In this document: positions 62,988-64,000 of the stretch, piece after piece
Numbering within the stretch: position 1 is the first letter of the stretch
How the letters are laid out: each line of letters starts with the position of its first letter
Assembly (NCBI GenBank): GCA_036785375.1
Contig: JAWMAR010000075.1
Coordinates: 7,006,001-7,070,000 of the forward strand
Source of the DNA: Leucoraja ocellata
Taxonomy: Eukaryota
Direction: 5' to 3'
DNA: 64,000 nucleotides
Translations under genes and position numbers: made by a program
Notes under the pieces: generated by a model
What the model saw: the letters and a program-made list of their open reading frames with translations, nothing else
Databases searched by the model: none
Told to the model about the DNA's origin: nothing

Positions 62988-63336
62988 TAGATGGGTTAAA
63001 TGTGGTAAAATGCATCCAGCTTAGATGGGGCTTCTTGGTAAGCATGGACGAGTTGAACTGAAAGGTCTGTTTTCATGGTGTGACTATTAAGAAACCTCTA
63101 AATGAGAGAATAAAGTTAATGAAAATATAATATACTAGACTAAGGGGGACCCATTGCGTCCCATGTTCACACGGAAGGACTGGTTCCCCAACGCAATATT
63201 CCATCTCTCCACCAATTTCAAATTGGTGTCCAGCAAGAGGGTGGAGGGGCTTTCTGGAGAGCTAGTATGGGTGGTGTGGGCTGAAGGGACTGGTTTCCAG
63301 AGGGCTAGTATGGACTGTGGGCCGAATGGATTCTTG

Positions 63337-63648
63337 GGCTGGCAGCTCAGTCACTCGGGCCTGGTGGGCTGGCAGCTCAGTCACTCACGGCTGATGGGCT
63401 GGCAGCTCAGTCACTCACGGCTGATGGGCTGGCAGCTCAGTCACTCACGGCTGATGGGCTGGCAGCTCAGTCACTCACGGCTGGTGGGCTGGCAGCTCAG
63501 TCACTCATGGCTGGTGGGCTCACACACACACACACCCTCCATCACACACACACACCCTCCATCACACACACACCCTCCATCACACACACACCCTCCATCA
63601 CACACACACCCTCCATCACACACACACCCTCCATCACACACACACCCT
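63337..63648. repeat. 30 bp minisatellite (~6 copies) followed by (CACACACACCCTCCAT)-type 18-20 bp repeats
   Basis: GGCTGGCAGCTCAGTCACTCACGGCTGATG in tandem, then a CA-rich tandem running into the gap. Confidence 0.93.
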
Positions 63649-63784
63649 NNNNNNNNNNNNNNNNNNNNNNNNNNNNNNNNNNNNNNNNNNNNNNNNNNNN
63701 NNNNNNNNNNNNNNNNNNNNNNNNNNNNNNNNNNNNNNNNNNNNNNNNNNNNNNNNNNNNNNNNNNNNNNNNNNNNNNNNNNNN
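63649..63784. other. Assembly gap (136 N)
   Basis: Run of n. Confidence 1.
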
Positions 63785-64000
63785 ATTTTAGCGCAGATTT
63801 ATTTCCAACGACAGGAAGTGGTCAAGATGAGAGTTTTAGTAATATAAAGAATATATAGATAGATGGGTTAAATGTGGTAAAATGCATCCAGCTTAGGTAG
63901 GCGGCGCGGCTCTAGCCAGCAGCGGCCTCTGCAGCCTGTCCGCGTTTTTATTATTTTTTGTCTGTGTTTTTATGTAGTTTTTGTTATTTTATGTTGGGGT

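Larger units (their letters stand above)
63135..63859 (-). mobile_element. Non-autonomous Helitron spanning the assembly gap
   Basis: Plus strand A|CTAG-ACTAAG-GGGGACCCATTGCGTCCC (3' end and hairpin); 63315-63400 matches the reverse complement of 49540-49620; 5' end after the gap. Confidence 0.75.

Noticed and set aside
63154-63858. 234 aa ORF
   Set aside because: Made of minisatellites and N-gap translation.

Overview
Non-coding, transposable-element-rich eukaryotic DNA, most likely from a cartilaginous fish (skate/ray/shark), inferred from HE1-type tRNA/V-SINEs and HER1/CR1-type LINE fragments. I found no supportable host protein-coding gene; all recognisable ORFs are decayed TE proteins. 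Contents: a full-length decayed IR/DR-type Tc1 transposon; four non-autonomous Helitrons, two of which carry three copies of a TATA-Inr-splice-donor cassette; a ~3 kb DIRS1-like element with inverted termini and an internal complementary region but no recognisable RT or recombinase; many Penelope-like fragments bearing minimal hammerhead-ribozyme cores; three Harbinger MITEs; hAT, Tc2-like and pogo-like non-autonomous elements with foldback cargo; L1, Rex1, RTE and CR1 LINE fragments, often nested; AT-rich TE-free blocks that may be conserved enhancers; and a 136-N assembly gap with a duplicated flank. Coordinates of decayed LINE/SINE fragments are approximate. Family names come from motif recognition by eye, not database searches.
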